DNA of 64,000 bases from Neocallimastix sp. 'constans' (GCA_050613775.1 JBODTK010000132.1:248001-312000), one strand, 5' to 3'; shown: positions 34,866 through 57,194, counted from the stretch's first letter. Notes: generated from the letters alone by a model not told the origin. A program made the numbers and translations.

Positions 34866-35217
34866 TACTGAAGGCCCATTTGTATGTTCAAAAAATTGAA
34901 TACAATCATCTCCTTTCTATAAAATAAAGATATATAAATTTAGAATCCTTTAATATTTCTAATAATATATACAATAAAACTATACATTATTTGCAATTTG
35001 CTTATATTTTGCTAAAAAGCCTCCATTATAGGAAGTATTATCAACAATATTTTTTTCTATTATATATTTATATTATTAAATTAAGAGAATATGTTATAAT
35101 ATTTTCTTTCAAAAAAATTTTTTTATATCTTTTAATTATAAAAAACATAGTATATTTTAATTTTATTAATTATAAATTTATATATAAATATTTGTGATAT
35201 TTACCTTCCAATGACAT
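29452..35217 (-). CDS. MSH2: DNA mismatch repair protein MSH2 (multi-exon, about 20 exons)
   Basis: The last exon has [52 protein letters not shown] and [14 protein letters not shown]. Upstream exons give [52 protein letters not shown] and [10 protein letters not shown]. The putative start is ATG TCA TTG GAA G|gt at 35217. Confidence 0.95.
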
Positions 35218-35884
35218 TCTTTTTAAATTGCCTTACAACAATATCTTTTTTTTTTATTTTTTCTATTAATAATTATAACAAATCAATATAATATTGTATA
35301 AAAATTATTTATTTTTCTTTTCTTTTTGTTCTTTATTTTTATATCTAAATTTTTAATTGAACATAATTTTATCCTATCATTGATATATATATTGGTTATT
35401 AACACTATATAATACAAAAATAAAAATAAAAAAAAAATAAGAAATAAAATTTTTTTATGTTGTATATAGTTCAAGAAAAATTAAATTTAATAATTTAATA
35501 TAAAAATTAATAAAAACGTTTTTTTTTTAAAAAAAAAAAAAAAATATAATAATATATTATAAAAAATTATTGATGATGATTATTAACATATTAACATCTA
35601 AAAATTTTCAAATTTATTAAAATTTAATATTATTAATGCGAATTTAATTATTAATAAGATTTTTTAAAATTTTACTAATTATTAAGATTAATAATTATTA
35701 TATTCATAATGTCAATATTAAAATTTGATATATTATAATGGTTATTTTTTTTTTAAAAAAAAGTATATTTTATATATAAAAATCTTTAGAGCGGACAATA
35801 AAAGTAATTTTCCTTTTTTAGCCAATCATAATTTTGATTTAATATACTTATTAAGCAAATCCAAATATGTCCACACATATCTTT

Positions 35885-36022
35885 AATTTATTATTTATTA
35901 TTTATTATTTATTATTTATTATTTATTATTTATTATTTATTATTTATTATTTATTATTTATTATTTATTATTTATTATTTATTATTTATTATTTATTATT
36001 TATTATTTATTATTTATTATTT
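35885..36022. repeat. 7-bp microsatellite (ATTATTT)n
   Basis: Direct reading of the sequence. Confidence 0.85.
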
Positions 36023-37230
36023 AATGTTCATCATAATTTAATAAAATTAACATTATTAAAAACCACAATCATTAATAAATAATAGAGAGTTACAAACACG
36101 TAATTATTCTAAATAAAATGTTTTTACACTATCACATTTGTGATTTATATATTATAATATATTATAATTTGTTTCAATTCATTTGATGCTTTATGTAAAA
36201 TTATCCTATTTTATAATATTAACATGATATTGTTAAATTATTAGCTCTATTCTAAACTAACTTTTAATTTTACATAAATAAAATAATTTTTGTATTATAT
36301 TATTCTAAAATCCGATTTAAATATTGTAAATTAATTTCTTAAATATATTTGTAATCTAATAATTTCCCCACTCTTAATTTGTTAGGAGTTATTTATGATT
36401 TATAATTATGTCAAATTTTTAATAAAGATAAAGGGGGAGTGTGCATTTCGAAAATTTTTATTACAAAAATTTGTATTTTGTTGTATGGCTTAAATATTTT
36501 TAATTTTAAGCCACTTAATTTTATTAAAAATTTAATGAATAATAATTAATTAATTAAATAAATAAAATTACAATTCTCAAAAATTTTCAAACACGTAATC
36601 TTTCGTGGGGCGTATATCTATTTGTATCATAATTTTGTGGCTTTTTTCTACAATTTTTAAAAAGCCATATATTCACAATATGGCGTGAATAATAAATGTG
36701 GTGATATTTTATGACGAAAATTTATAAGCCACCAAGAATTTGGCGAAATTTAACTGGACGAAATTCAACTTTTGGCGAAATACAACACTTCAATAAATAA
36801 TAATTAGGTTAGGTATTTCTATTTAACATTGAAAAATAAAATAAAAAATAAATAAACATTTTATTTTTTAATGCTTAAAAAATAAGAAAACTTTTTTTTT
36901 AAACATTGAAAAATAAAATCAAAATAAGAAATAAGAAAACTTTTTTTTTAAACATTGAAAAATAAAATAAAAATAAATAAAAATTTATTTTTTAAGCATT
37001 AAAAAATAAAAAAAAAAATAAAATAAAATAAAAAATAAAAAATAAAAATAAAAATAAATAAATAAAATAGTAAATAAAGAAATAATAAATAATTAATAAT
37101 TAAATTATTATTTAAATAATTATATAATTAATTAAAAAAAGGTTTATTATTTTAAATATTAAAAAAAAAGTTTCAAAGCATTTAAAAGTATATTTCTTAA
37201 AATATTTTATTGAAAAATTTTTAATTATTA

Positions 37231-38671
37231 ATGGAAGACAATATAGAAATTGAAATAAGTGAAACAAATCGAGGAAAACAAATTATTATTAATAAAAAAC
37301 ACAAATTTAATTTTTCATTTCAAAGGAAAGATAAATCAAAAATTTATAGATGCACTGAATATTGAATATAAGACTTTAAATAAATGTAAATCTTTAATTA
37401 TTTTAAATGATAAAAAGGAGGTTTTAAAATATGAAAGTTTACATAACCATATCGAAAAAGAAATTGATGTGTCTATATCAGTAGCAAAGCATAAAATTAA
37501 GGAAGAAATTAAGAAAAATTCAATTCCTATGGATATAAAACCTAAACATATATTTAATGCCGTTTCTCAAGAAATGGGACTTATATGTCCCGAATATAGT
37601 ACAATTAGATCCCAAATAATAAGAAATATAAATAAACAATTTCCTCCAAACATAAAAAGTTTTGATGATATTCCCATTGAATCAAAATATTATAAAACAA
37701 AAAGAAATGAAAATTTTATGATATTTAAAAACACTGATCTAATAATCTTTCAATCACCATTCCAAGCATATTTATTTTCGAATTATCATAAAAATATATT
37801 TGCGTACGGTACATTTTATGCGGCACCGAAATTTAGTTATCAGTTATTTATAACAAGAACTTATGTTGGGGAATTTAATATGTTTTACACTACTTCCATT
37901 TCTATATTAAAAAATAAAAAACAATCTACATATGAAACATTATTTAAAGAAATAAAAAAAAATGCAAATAAATTTAGGAGTAATACATTAATTACTACAA
38001 TTAATTTTCATTGTGATTTTGAACAAGGTATATCTAATGCCGCAAAAAAAGTTTTTCCCAATATAAATATTAAATATTGTGTTTGGCATTACAAAAGATC
38101 ATTAGAAAAACAAAAAAATATATTATGTTATCATGAAGTGAAGAATAATAATGATGTATATATTTATTATAAAGCTATTTCGAACTTACCGTTTATAAAC
38201 CCAAACTATATATTTGATATTTATATTATAATAAAAAGAATTTGTCAAAAAAAAAAGTATAATAATTTTCTGCAATTTTTAGAATATTTTAATAAAAATT
38301 ATCTACTTAAGTATAATGTTAATAATTGGAATTATTATGAAAATATAGAGCATTTAACAAACAATGCATCAGAATCTTATAATAGCTACTTAAATAATAT
38401 ATTTCCAAATAAACCTTTATTTTATAAATTAATATATATATTAAAAGAAGAAGAAAACTTATCTTATAATGATTATCAAAGGAGAACTAAAGGAAATTGG
38501 AAAAAAAAGCAAAAAATATTTAGTGCAACTGATGAAATTAAAATTTTAATTGAAAATTACAAAAGTAAGGAAATAAATTTATTTTATAATGGATACAACA
38601 GAAATGAATTAGTTAAATTATGGGAAAAATGTTTAATTGATTTAAACGATATAAATATTAATTTAAAATAA
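37231..38671 (+). pseudogene. MULE transposase (FLYWCH-like zinc finger plus DDE domain), frameshifted and with a catalytic Asp substituted
   Basis: ATG 37231 gives MEDNIEIEISETNRGKQIIINKKHKF...IYRCTEY, then a stop caused by a 7-bp duplication. The downstream frame has KCKS...HNH, IFAYGTF (normally DGTF), HCDFE, KYCVWHY and TNNASESYNS. Confidence 0.88.
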
Positions 38672-38894
38672 ATAATCTTAATTTAAAAAAATGCTAGAAA
38701 AATAAAAATTTATTTATTTTAAATTTATATTTATAATCGTTTAAATAATAATTAAATAATTTTAATTTAAAAAATGCTAGAAAAATACAAATTTATTTAC
38801 CTATTGTGTTTATTTAATAATCTTAATAGAAATTATCTTTTTAGTTATTTTTATTAAATAATTTATAACTAAAACCGATTTATTTGATACTAGT

Positions 38895-39155
38895 TAAAAT
38901 TTTATTAATATCAATATCAATATTATATAATTATAAATTTTATTAATATCAATATATATAATTATAAATTTTATTAATATCAATATATATAATTATAAAT
39001 TTTATTAATATCAATATATATAATTATAAATTTTATTAATATCAATATATATAATTATAAATTTTATTAATATCAATATCAATATTATATAATTATAAAT
39101 TTTATTAATATCAATATCAATATTATATTATTATAAATTTTATTAATATCAATAT
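38895..39155. repeat. Minisatellite of 31-39-bp units (AATTATAAATTTTATTAATATCAATAT...) inside the MULE
   Basis: About 7-8 tandem copies visible downstream of the transposase. Confidence 0.85.
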
Positions 39156-39579
39156 ACTTTTCAAAATTAATTATGTTATTAAAAATATTAAATTCAATAA
39201 AAGATTTTTATTATTTTATTAAAATTATAATTGTTATTATTATATTTTAATAATAATTGATTCATATTGATCAAACATTATAAATATTACTATGCAAATA
39301 ATTAATTATTTTAATAGGATCAATTATTCAACTCTTATTGTTTTAATTTTTAATTCTTATATCATTTAAATTAATATATATATATCGTTTATGAAAATAT
39401 GAATTATAAATAATTAAAATTATTTACTTTTCATTTAAATTTTTTTATTTACTATAATAAAATATAATAATTAAAAGACAAACGTTATAACTAAATTTTT
39501 TTTTTTTTAGAAAAATAAATGAAAAAAAATTAAAATATATAAGATTCCTATATATATAAAATAATTATTATATTTTTTT

Positions 39580-41190
39580 TTATTTTATTTTATTTTATTT
39601 TATTTTATTCAATCTGTACTTTATATTCAAATTTCTACTATTTATTTTATTTTATTCAATCTGTACTTTATATTCAAATTTCTACTATTTATTTTATTTT
39701 ATTTTATTTTATTTTATTTTATTTTATTTTATTTTATTTTATTTTATTTTATTTTATTTTATTTTATTTTATTCGATCTATACTTTATATTTGATATTCT
39801 ACTATTTATTTTATTTTATTTTATTTTATTTTATTTTATTTTATTTTATTTTATTTTATTTTATTTTATTTTATTTTATTTTATTTTATTTTATTTTATT
39901 TTATTTTATTTTATTTTATTTTATTTTATTTTATTTTATTTTATTTTATTTTATTTTATTTTATTTTATTTTATTCAATCTGTACTTTATATTCAAATTT
40001 CTACTATTTATTTTATTTTATTTTATTTTATTTTATTTTATTTTATTTTATTTTATTTTATTTTATTTTATTTTATTTTATTTTATTTTATTCGATCTAT
40101 ACTTTATATTTGATATTCTACTATTTATTTTATTTTATTTTATTTTATTTTATTTTATTTTATTTTATTTTATTTTATTTTATTTTATTTTATTTTATTT
40201 TATTTTATTTTATTTTATTTTATTTTATTTTATTTTATTTTATTTTATTTTATTTTATTTTATTTTATTTTATTTTATTTTATTTTATTTTATTTTATTT
40301 TATTTTATTCAATCTGTACTTTATATTCAAATTTCTACTATTTATTTTATTTTATTTTATTTTATTTTATTCAATCTGTACTTTATATTAATATTCTACT
40401 ATTTATTTTATTTTATTTTATTTTATTTTATTTTATTCAATCTGTACTTTTTATTAATATTCTACTATTTATTTTATTTTATTTTATTTTATTTTATTTT
40501 ATTCAATCTGTACTTTATATTCAAATTTCTACTATTTATTTTATTTTATTTTATTTTATTTTATTTTATTTTATTCAATCTGTACTTTATATTCAAATTT
40601 CTACTATTTATTTTATTTTATTTTATTTTATTCAATCTGTACTTTATATTCAAATTTCTACTATTTATTTTATTTTATTTTATTTTATTTCATTTTATTT
40701 TATTTTATTTTATTCAATCTGTACTTTATATTAATATTCTACTATTTATTTTATTTTATTTTATTTTATTTTATTTTATTTTATTCAATCTGTACTTTTT
40801 ATTAATATTCTACTATTTATTTTATTTTATTTTATTTTATTTTATTTTATTTTATTTTATTCAATCTGTACTTTATATTCAAATTTCTACTATTTATTTT
40901 ATTTTATTTTATTTTATTTCATTTTATTTTATTTTATTTTATTCAATCTGTACTTTCTTATTTTAATATTCTACTTTTTATTTTATTTTATTTTATTCAA
41001 TCTGTACTTTCTTATTTTAATATTCTACTTTTTATTTTATTATATTATATTATATTTTATTTTATTTTATTTTATTTTATTCAATCTGTACTTTCTTATT
41101 TAATATTCTACTTTTTATTTTATTTTATTATATTTTATTTTATTTTATTTCATTTCATTTTATTTTATTTCATTCAATCTGTATTTTCTG
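39580..41190. repeat. Composite satellite array 2 (same family as array 1) inside the MULE
   Basis: About 18 units TTCAATCTGTACTTT...TCTACTATTTA in several sequence variants, separated by (TTTTA)n runs of 2 to more than 30 copies. Confidence 0.95.
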
Positions 41191-41646
41191 TTGATAATAT
41201 AAACAAGGTATTAATGTATTAATAATAATTAATAATATTTAAAATAAAATAAAAAAAATATAATTATTTTATATATGTAGTAATTATATATATATATATA
41301 TATATATTTTTATTTAATTTTCTAAAAAAAGTTTTTTTAGTCATAATAAACGTTTGTCTTAATTATTTTTATTATTATTTAAAAATTTATTTATTCATTT
41401 ATAATTTATTTATTCATTTATTTATTTATTACATTATAATACGCCATGTTTTCCGAAATGCACTACAACAAAATACAAATTAATGTAATAAATTTTTTCG
41501 AAATGACACACCCCCAAGATAAAGGCTTTTATACCAATACTGTGGCTTTTACATTATATATTACAATATTTTTCAATGTATTTGATGATATTTTTTCTAA
41601 TAACATTTATTTATTTATTTATTTATTTATTTATTTGTTTGTTTGT

Positions 41647-41677
<31 letters not shown>

Positions 41678-42010
41678 TTTTCAATCTATAATAATTTAAT
41701 TTATAAAACCTTATAAATCGATAATAAAAAAAGTTGTGAAACCTTATTTACAATTATTAAATCAATCTATAATTAATCCATTTAAATAATTTGTGTATTG
41801 AAATTTTTTTTGTATAATTACGTATTTAATTCATTTCAAATATTTTTATTAACACTGTATAAACATTGAAATTAAAGTTTTTTTTAAAGATAATTATTAA
41901 TTTTTTTTTTTGATTATACAATATATTAAATTTTTTTTTTTTTTAAAAAAAAAAAACAAGTCATAATAAATATTTAATTACAATATTAACTTAATTAACA
42001 ATTTATAATA

Positions 42011-43653
42011 ATGAGTGATTTAATAAATAATGAAGTAAATAAAAATGAAATTCCTAAAGATATAGAAGAGGAAAAATATTTAAAGTCAATGGAAATTTTA
42101 AAAAAAAATTATGAACCAATGAATGATTTCTTTAGAAATAAATATAAAAATGAAGCAGCAAGAAATTGGGATATGTAAATGTTTCATTATATATATAATA
42201 GATAAAAAATAAAAAATAATAAAAAAAAAAAAAGTCTTAAAAATACTAATAAAATGGCGTTGTAACATTGTATAATATTTATTGTATAAATATAACTTAA
42301 TAATAAACCACGCATTAAAAATTAATTTCAATAAATTTTAGATTTTATAAAAGAAATACGGTAAATTTTTTCAAGGATAGACATTGGACCGACCGAGAAT
42401 TTGAAGAATTACAGGATAATGGAGAGAAAAAGAATCTTTTAGGTTTATAAAAAAAAAAAATAATAAATAAAAAAAAAATAAAAAAAAAATAAAATAAAAT
42501 AAAGAAATATATTATATAAATATTATCTAATTTACATTTTAAATGTCATTAAATGAAAATAATTTAATTTCTTATAAAATTAAATTACAATAAAAATTAG
42601 AAATTGGATGTGGTGTGGGAAATTTTGTTTTTCCATTAATAAAATTAAATCCAAATATCTTTATTAATTGTTGTGATTTTTCTAAAAGAGCTATTGATTT
42701 TGTTAAAGTATGAAATTTTTAAAATATAATATTGATGTATTAATAATAATAATATTATCAATAAATTTATGAAATTATTCTTAATTATTATATAATTTTG
42801 CATCAAATAATTATAATAACAAAAAAAAAAAAATATATTTAATATAAAAATTTTTAAAATATTATAAAGAATAACGAAAATTATAATGAAAGATGTAATG
42901 CATTTGTTTGTGATATAACAAAAGATAAAATTGTTAATAATGTAAAAGAAGATTCTGTAGACATTGTATCTATGATATTCTGTTTAAGTGCAATTCCTCC
43001 AGAAAAAATGGACTTTGTAATTCAAAATGTCAAACAAGTATATTTTTCAATCGAAATAATCGATATATTTCTTATAATACAAAGAAATTTATATAATTAT
43101 ATATATTCTAATGTATAAATTAATATTTATATATATTATTATAATATATATTTAAAAGGTAATGAAGAAAGGTGGTATTGTTCTTTTCAGAGACTATGGT
43201 AAAAATAATAAGCAAAATTTGATTAGAACTTATAATGTTAATTAAAAAAAATATTTTATAATAATAAAAATAGTTTAAAATTGAATATTAAAATATTTAA
43301 ATTATATTATATAGGTTTATTTGATCAAGCACAATTGCGTTTTAAACCAGGACATTGTGTAGAAGAAAATTTATATGTAAGACAAGATGGCACATTAGCG
43401 TATTATTTTTCATTGGGTAAAATATGATTATTCAATTGGTATTTTTTTTTTTTTTTTATTTTAACAATAAAAATCAATTATTAATTATATATATTTTGTA
43501 TATTATCATTACATAGAGTTTCTCAGTGAATTGTTTACTAGAAATGGTTTTGAAGAAATTGAAAATAATTATGTATTGAAAGAAACAACTAATAGAAAAC
43601 AACAAATTACATTTGAAAGACGATTTATTCAAGCGAAATTTAAAAAAAATTAG
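42011..43653 (+). CDS. METTL6: tRNA N3-methylcytidine methyltransferase, METTL6/Trm141-like; about 7 exons
   Basis: Spliced translation gives [108 protein letters not shown] and RRFIQAKF. Confidence 0.9.
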
Positions 43654-44157
43654 ATTCTTTATTTTAATAAAATTTCTATTTAATTATTTTCTTTTATTTT
43701 TATTTTTATTTTACAATATTTTATTTTATAATGTATAGACGTAATAACTGTTATTACATATATATATATATATATTATATATATATATAATAAATAGTTA
43801 GGTATATAATTATTTAATAAATTAGATTTATTTCATAATTATATAAGTATAATGATATAGATTAAAAATAGCGAAACAATAAAATATTTAAAATAGTTAA
43901 TTTTTATTGTAAATTCTATTTAATGTTTTTATATATATATATGATTATATAATAAAATATTATTTATATTTATATATTATAACAAATAAAATTATAAAAA
44001 TACAATAAAAATAGAAATTAATGAAAGTTTTAGTTAAATAAATAATGAAATCAATAAATCTATTTGTGGTTATTTATTACAAATTAAATATAGAAATAAC
44101 AATAAATAAATTATAAAATAATTTATAATTATTAATATTCAATAGTATAGGTTAAAA

Positions 44158-44203
<46 letters not shown>

Positions 44204-44207
44204 ATTA

Positions 44208-51835
<7,628 letters not shown>

Positions 51836-52208
51836 TTTATCCTTTTTGCTTTTTTTCCTTAAGGAACAAAATAATAGTAAATAAATAAATTAAATAAATA
51901 AATAAATAAATTAAGAAAAAAAAAAAAAAAAAAAAAAAAATAGTATTAATATTTTTTTGATTTTAATAATTTATCATAAATTTCATTCTATAATTTTATT
52001 AATTCTGTCCTTTAATTTTCATAATTAATGGTTTGGAAAAAAAAAAAATTTAAAAAAAAAATAAAATAAATTAGATTTAAATAAAAAAAACAATAATAAT
52101 AATAATAAATAAATAAATAAGATAAAACTAAAAAAATAAAATAAAATAAATGTGTATATATATATATATATATATTTTTAATAATGAAGTAAAATAAAAT
52201 GAAATTAA

Positions 52209-52270
<62 letters not shown>

Positions 52271-52425
52271 GATGACTAAAAAGTTTAAATGTTTAACTAA
52301 TTAATTTTAATAAACAATAATATATAACATATTTATAAATTTATTCATTCATTCATATCTCTCAAAAAAAGAAAAAAAGAAAGAAGAAAAAATTAAAAAA
52401 AAAAAAAAAAAATAAATATAAATAA

Positions 52426-52473
<48 letters not shown>

Positions 52474-53201
52474 TGAAAATAAAATTTATTTAATAAAAAA
52501 AAAAAAAAGAACAATTGTTGATGGAAAAATTAAATTTCATATTTAATAAAGTTATAATTACAGAATAAGTATTAGAAATTCAATATTTAATATTTTTTAA
52601 AATTTTTAAATTTTTTTTAAAAAAAAAATGAAAAATGAAAAAATGAAAATTAATATTTATACAATAAAGTTTTATCAAAGTGCTAATGATTTATATTATC
52701 TAAGCTAATTAGGTTAAATATGAATTTTATATACATTTAATTTTTATCTTTTTTTCTAATAATATTACTTCAAAACAAAATGAAAAATGAAAAAAAGAAA
52801 AAATAATAATTATAATTAAGTTTTATCAAATTTATATTCAATACCTAATGATTTATTACCAAAGTAATTTATATTTAAAATCAATACCTAATGATTTATT
52901 ATTTAAGTTAATTATGTTAAATATGAATTTTATATATTTAATTTCTATTTTTTTCTTTAATAATATTACTTTAAAACATACTTTTCACAAAAAAAAAAAA
53001 ATGTTTATAATCATTATTAATATAATGATTATTACATTTATATATTTATTATATATTTTCAATACTTTAAAAATGCATATATAATTTTTTTTTTATTTCA
53101 TTTAATTATTTATTATATATTATTATTGTTGTTGTTTCTATTTTCTGTTTCTAATAAATTAATAAAAATAGATTAAAATCTATATTTTATCTTTTTTCTT
53201 T

Positions 53202-56200
53202 TTAATTTATATTATCATAAATAAAAGTTGTTGGTGGTTGTTCTCTTATCCATTTAAATATTTTATCGGAATTAAGATAAATATGTAAAGAAGGTTCATT
53301 AATTCTACAGAAATTCAATATATATTTATCACCTATATTATATGATTCTGAAGAAGTAGATGAAGAATCATTATTATTAGTATCCTGCTTTAATATTAAT
53401 TGACTCATTTGTTTTCTAAACAGTTCCCATGCTATAAAACTTTTATCATTATAATTAAGTGATCCTGCTCTAAATAAATGAAGTTCTTTTAAAGATGGAC
53501 ATGATTGAGCAATAATTTTTATATCTTCTGGTAGAATAAATGATATACCTAAAAATATAGCTTTTAAGTTTTCATAGTTAATAGTGGAATGACCTGAACT
53601 ATCTTGTTGATCTACTTGACGTTTTCCTACTTCATTTGAATCTACCCATTGTTCAAAATATTTTGAAGTTTCATTAACAAAAGAGTAAGAAAAGGAATTT
53701 AATAATTGATTCACACTTTCAGACAATACTTTTCTATCAGTATCATCATATTTAGGAAGAATAGTTAAAGAGCTTAATGTTGGTATCAAATTTAATAATT
53801 TAAAAAGCTTTTCACTATTATTCACTGTTAAACTATGAAATACTAATTGTCGAATTCCTGATGGAACATTTAATTTTATACTACTTAAAGAGAGTGGATA
53901 CTTTTCAGATGGATGATCAAGATATTGTTGAAGTCTTTGTTTTCTTCTTTCTATTCTCATATTAATATCCACTAAACATTTCTCTAAAGAACTGAAATCT
54001 TCGCCAAATTCCTCCCATTCTAACTCTAATTTTTTTAAATTAAGAGAAGAATATGAACCAATAATTTCAAGTTCAGAAATAATAGATCGATTAAATGAAG
54101 GAGAAGAAGATACTGGTGAAATTGGAGTATTGTCAAAAGATGAAGCAATAGAAAGCCTTCTGTTTATAAATAAAGAGCGGTCAAAAACACTAGAAAGTCG
54201 ACGATTTTCTGGTAAATCTCCTTGAACTTCAACATCATCTGTAATTTCAGGATTGGCAATATAAAATGATAAATATTTTAAATTTGAAGCTCTAATTAAA
54301 AAATTGGCAAGAGAATTACACATCGTTCCACCTTGTAAAGGTTTAATTGTTAAATAGGATAATGTTTTACTACTAAATAAATTACTTAATAAAAATAAAT
54401 TTGATTTTTCATGTTCAATTCTACGATAACAAATAAGTTCTAATTCCTCTATATTTGGTAAATAATTTTCTTCAATGTTGATGTAGTCTTTATCACTCAA
54501 AAGACTAGAATTACTATTATTATTAATATTCATATTATTCATACTCATAGGATTAATATTATAGGATTGTGTAGATTCAGCACGTGCCGTTGAATAAAGA
54601 GTTTGGTATCTTAAGAAGTTGGCTCTCATTGTATTTCTATCTCCAACACCAAAACGACTAGTTTCTAAACCTCTTTCTGTGCCATTAATATTATTATTTG
54701 AAGTATTATTTCTATTTTCTAAGTCAATTTTTAATTTTTTCATGATATTTGTGAATACATCATGCTCCAAATAGTTACTGATGTGTAATTTTTTTAGCTT
54801 TTTAAAATTATTAATTTCATATAGGAGTTCATTTGGATTAATTGGGTATCTCATATAACTTCCATAACTTTTTAAGGAAGCACTTAATTCTTCTAATGTG
54901 AATTTAATTTCACCAGCTAATTTTTGAATAAAGCCATTATTTTCTACAACACAATCAACGATATTTAAATATTTTATATTTTTTATATATTTAATAAGAG
55001 TTTTAGCCAAATTTGGAGAAATAAATTCACTCTGAAGAATTAATGAACGAACATTAGGACTACATTCTTTTATAATTCTTGCTTCTGCTTCATCTTGACT
55101 TATATCATATTCATATTCCGTTTTCATTTTCATAAATTCATATTCTAGTTTCTTCCTTGCATCCGGACTACTATTTAAATACATACTTATATGCGATTTT
55201 AAAGCGGAATTATTTTTACTTTTCTCTTTATCATAATTATTTTTAGTTATATCACAATTTTGAAAAATAGAGTAAGCTGGAGATAGTAATTTATTATCAT
55301 TAAAGTACTGACTATATGAAGATGATAAAATTAAAGTTCTTATTAAATTAATATATGACACTAATGGTATATTCTTTTTAAATAATTCATTATTTTTTGA
55401 ATAATTCACAATTGAAGGAATAATTTCATTAAATTGTAATAAAGGAATACGAACACCAAATGCAGTGGTATATCTTCCTGTTTGAACATATTTTTCTGAA
55501 TCTAAAGAATTTTGTATTCTTTCTCTTCTTTTTGAAATACCTAATATCCACGATATATTCAATGTTTTATTATTTAATGTAATATCTTTCCATATAATTC
55601 CTGACACTATAAATGACCAAAATTTACAAACTTGAACACAATTTATTAAATCCTCTCTTTGCTCAGGGCGTGAATTTATTATTTCAAATATATATAATAA
55701 TATATCATATGAAAGTTTGGAAGTATTTCTTGGAAAATTTTGCTATTTTACATTTTTACATATACATATTAAAATATATATATATATATATTTTATTTAT
55801 TTATTATTCATTTATTTATTTATATAATAATTGAAATTTTATATTCACATTCATATTCACATTTATATTTATATTTATATTTATATTTATATTTATATTT
55901 ATATGTATATTTATATTTATATTTATATTTATGTTTATGTTTATGTTTATATTTATATTTATATTTATATTTAAAAATTTATTTAAAATTAATAATAAAT
56001 ATTTAAAATAAAAATAAATTAATTTTTTTAAAAAAAAAAATTAAAAATATCTTATATTTTATAATTTAATACATACGTTTAAAATTTCCTTTTCACCTGA
56101 AGAGCCTTTGCTATATTGTTGGTTATATAAAGAATTATCATTAGAATTCTGACTTTCCTCAAACAACAAATTCTCTGAAACAAATTTTTTTAGATTTCTA

Positions 56201-56214
56201 AAACTAAAATCCAT
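53202..56214 (-). CDS. F-box protein with LRR/RNI-like repeats; exons 56077-56214 and 53202-55743
   Basis: Exon 2 begins QNFPRNTSKLSYDILLYIFEIINSRPEQREDLINCVQVCKFWSFIVSGIIWKDI (F-box consensus). It is followed by LxxLxI/L repeats (KLKKLHI, NIEELEL, NLKYLSF, NLKKLEL, SCPSLKELHL). Confidence 0.8.
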
Positions 56215-57150
56215 TTCATCTATATTTATTATGAATTTTTATAAAAATGGGAAATCTATTTGTTATAGATTTTTTTATCCTCAAAAAAATTAATAATGAT
56301 TCAATTTATAATTATATCCTTTTAATTTGATTATTAAAAAAAATATTCAATTATACTAGTTTAAACAATTATGTTTTTTAAGTTTACAATTATTTTAATA
56401 TTCTCATTTATATATACATTCAACAAATTTAGTTTAAAAGATTATTATAAATACTTAAAAAAATAAAAAATAAAATTAGATGATAAATAAAAATAATAAA
56501 GTATTAAATGTAAAATTCTATAATGGTATAATGTTAAAAAATTGAAATTTTAATATTAATTGTAAATAATATTATTTCAATTATTTTAAATAAATAGAAA
56601 TAAAAATTAGTATATCAAATTTTGAATAAAAAAAAATTAAAAAATAAATATATAGAATATAAAACTATATTACTAATTTTTAATTAAAAAGTTTCCTATT
56701 TTTTTTTTTTTTTTTTTGTATATATTTTTAATATAATTTAAATATAATTTAAATATAAATGAATTAACATCACAAATTAGAAATTATATTTATATTAATA
56801 ATTTTAAACTAAATATATTATATTTAATATATTTTTTATATTTTAATATGTTAATATTTTAAAAAAATAAATTACTCCTTTTAGTAATAACTATATTTTT
56901 TTTATATTTTTTTTGAATGACATAAATTGATGAATTGTACTACATGGTGTGGGGCGCATTTGTATTAATAAATACATATTTTAATTTGCCATATTTTTAA
57001 TAAATTTTTAATATTTTATTTGTATTTCTATTATGGAGTTTTAATTTATATCAATTTAAATAGTTTCTAAAATGTGCGAAGTAAACAATACTGTGAAAAT
57101 CAAGCAATTTTGTTCATTTAGAAAATGTGGCGCTTAAAATTTATAATACA

Positions 57151-57194
<44 letters not shown>

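Larger units (their letters stand above)
36434..41515 (+). mobile_element. Mutator-like DNA transposon (MULE), full boundaries, about 5.1 kb
   Basis: The left end GGGGAGTGTGCATTTCGAAAATTTTTATTACAAAAATTTGTATTTTGTTGTA matches the reverse complement of the right end GGGGGTGTGTCATTTCGAAAAAATTTATTACATTAATTTGTATTTTGTTGTA. The element is flanked by a perfect 9-bp direct repeat AAGATAAAG (36425-36433 and 41516-41524) and contains a MULE transposase. Confidence 0.92.

Noticed and set aside
37259..37362. N-terminus of the listed 470-aa transposase ORF
   Set aside because: Wrong frame; the real start is ATG 37231, displaced by the 7-bp duplication.
39791..40966. 391-aa ORF of ILFYF repeats (and the overlapping 93-aa ORF)
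   Set aside because: This is a translation of the (TTTTA)n satellite, which lacks stops by composition.
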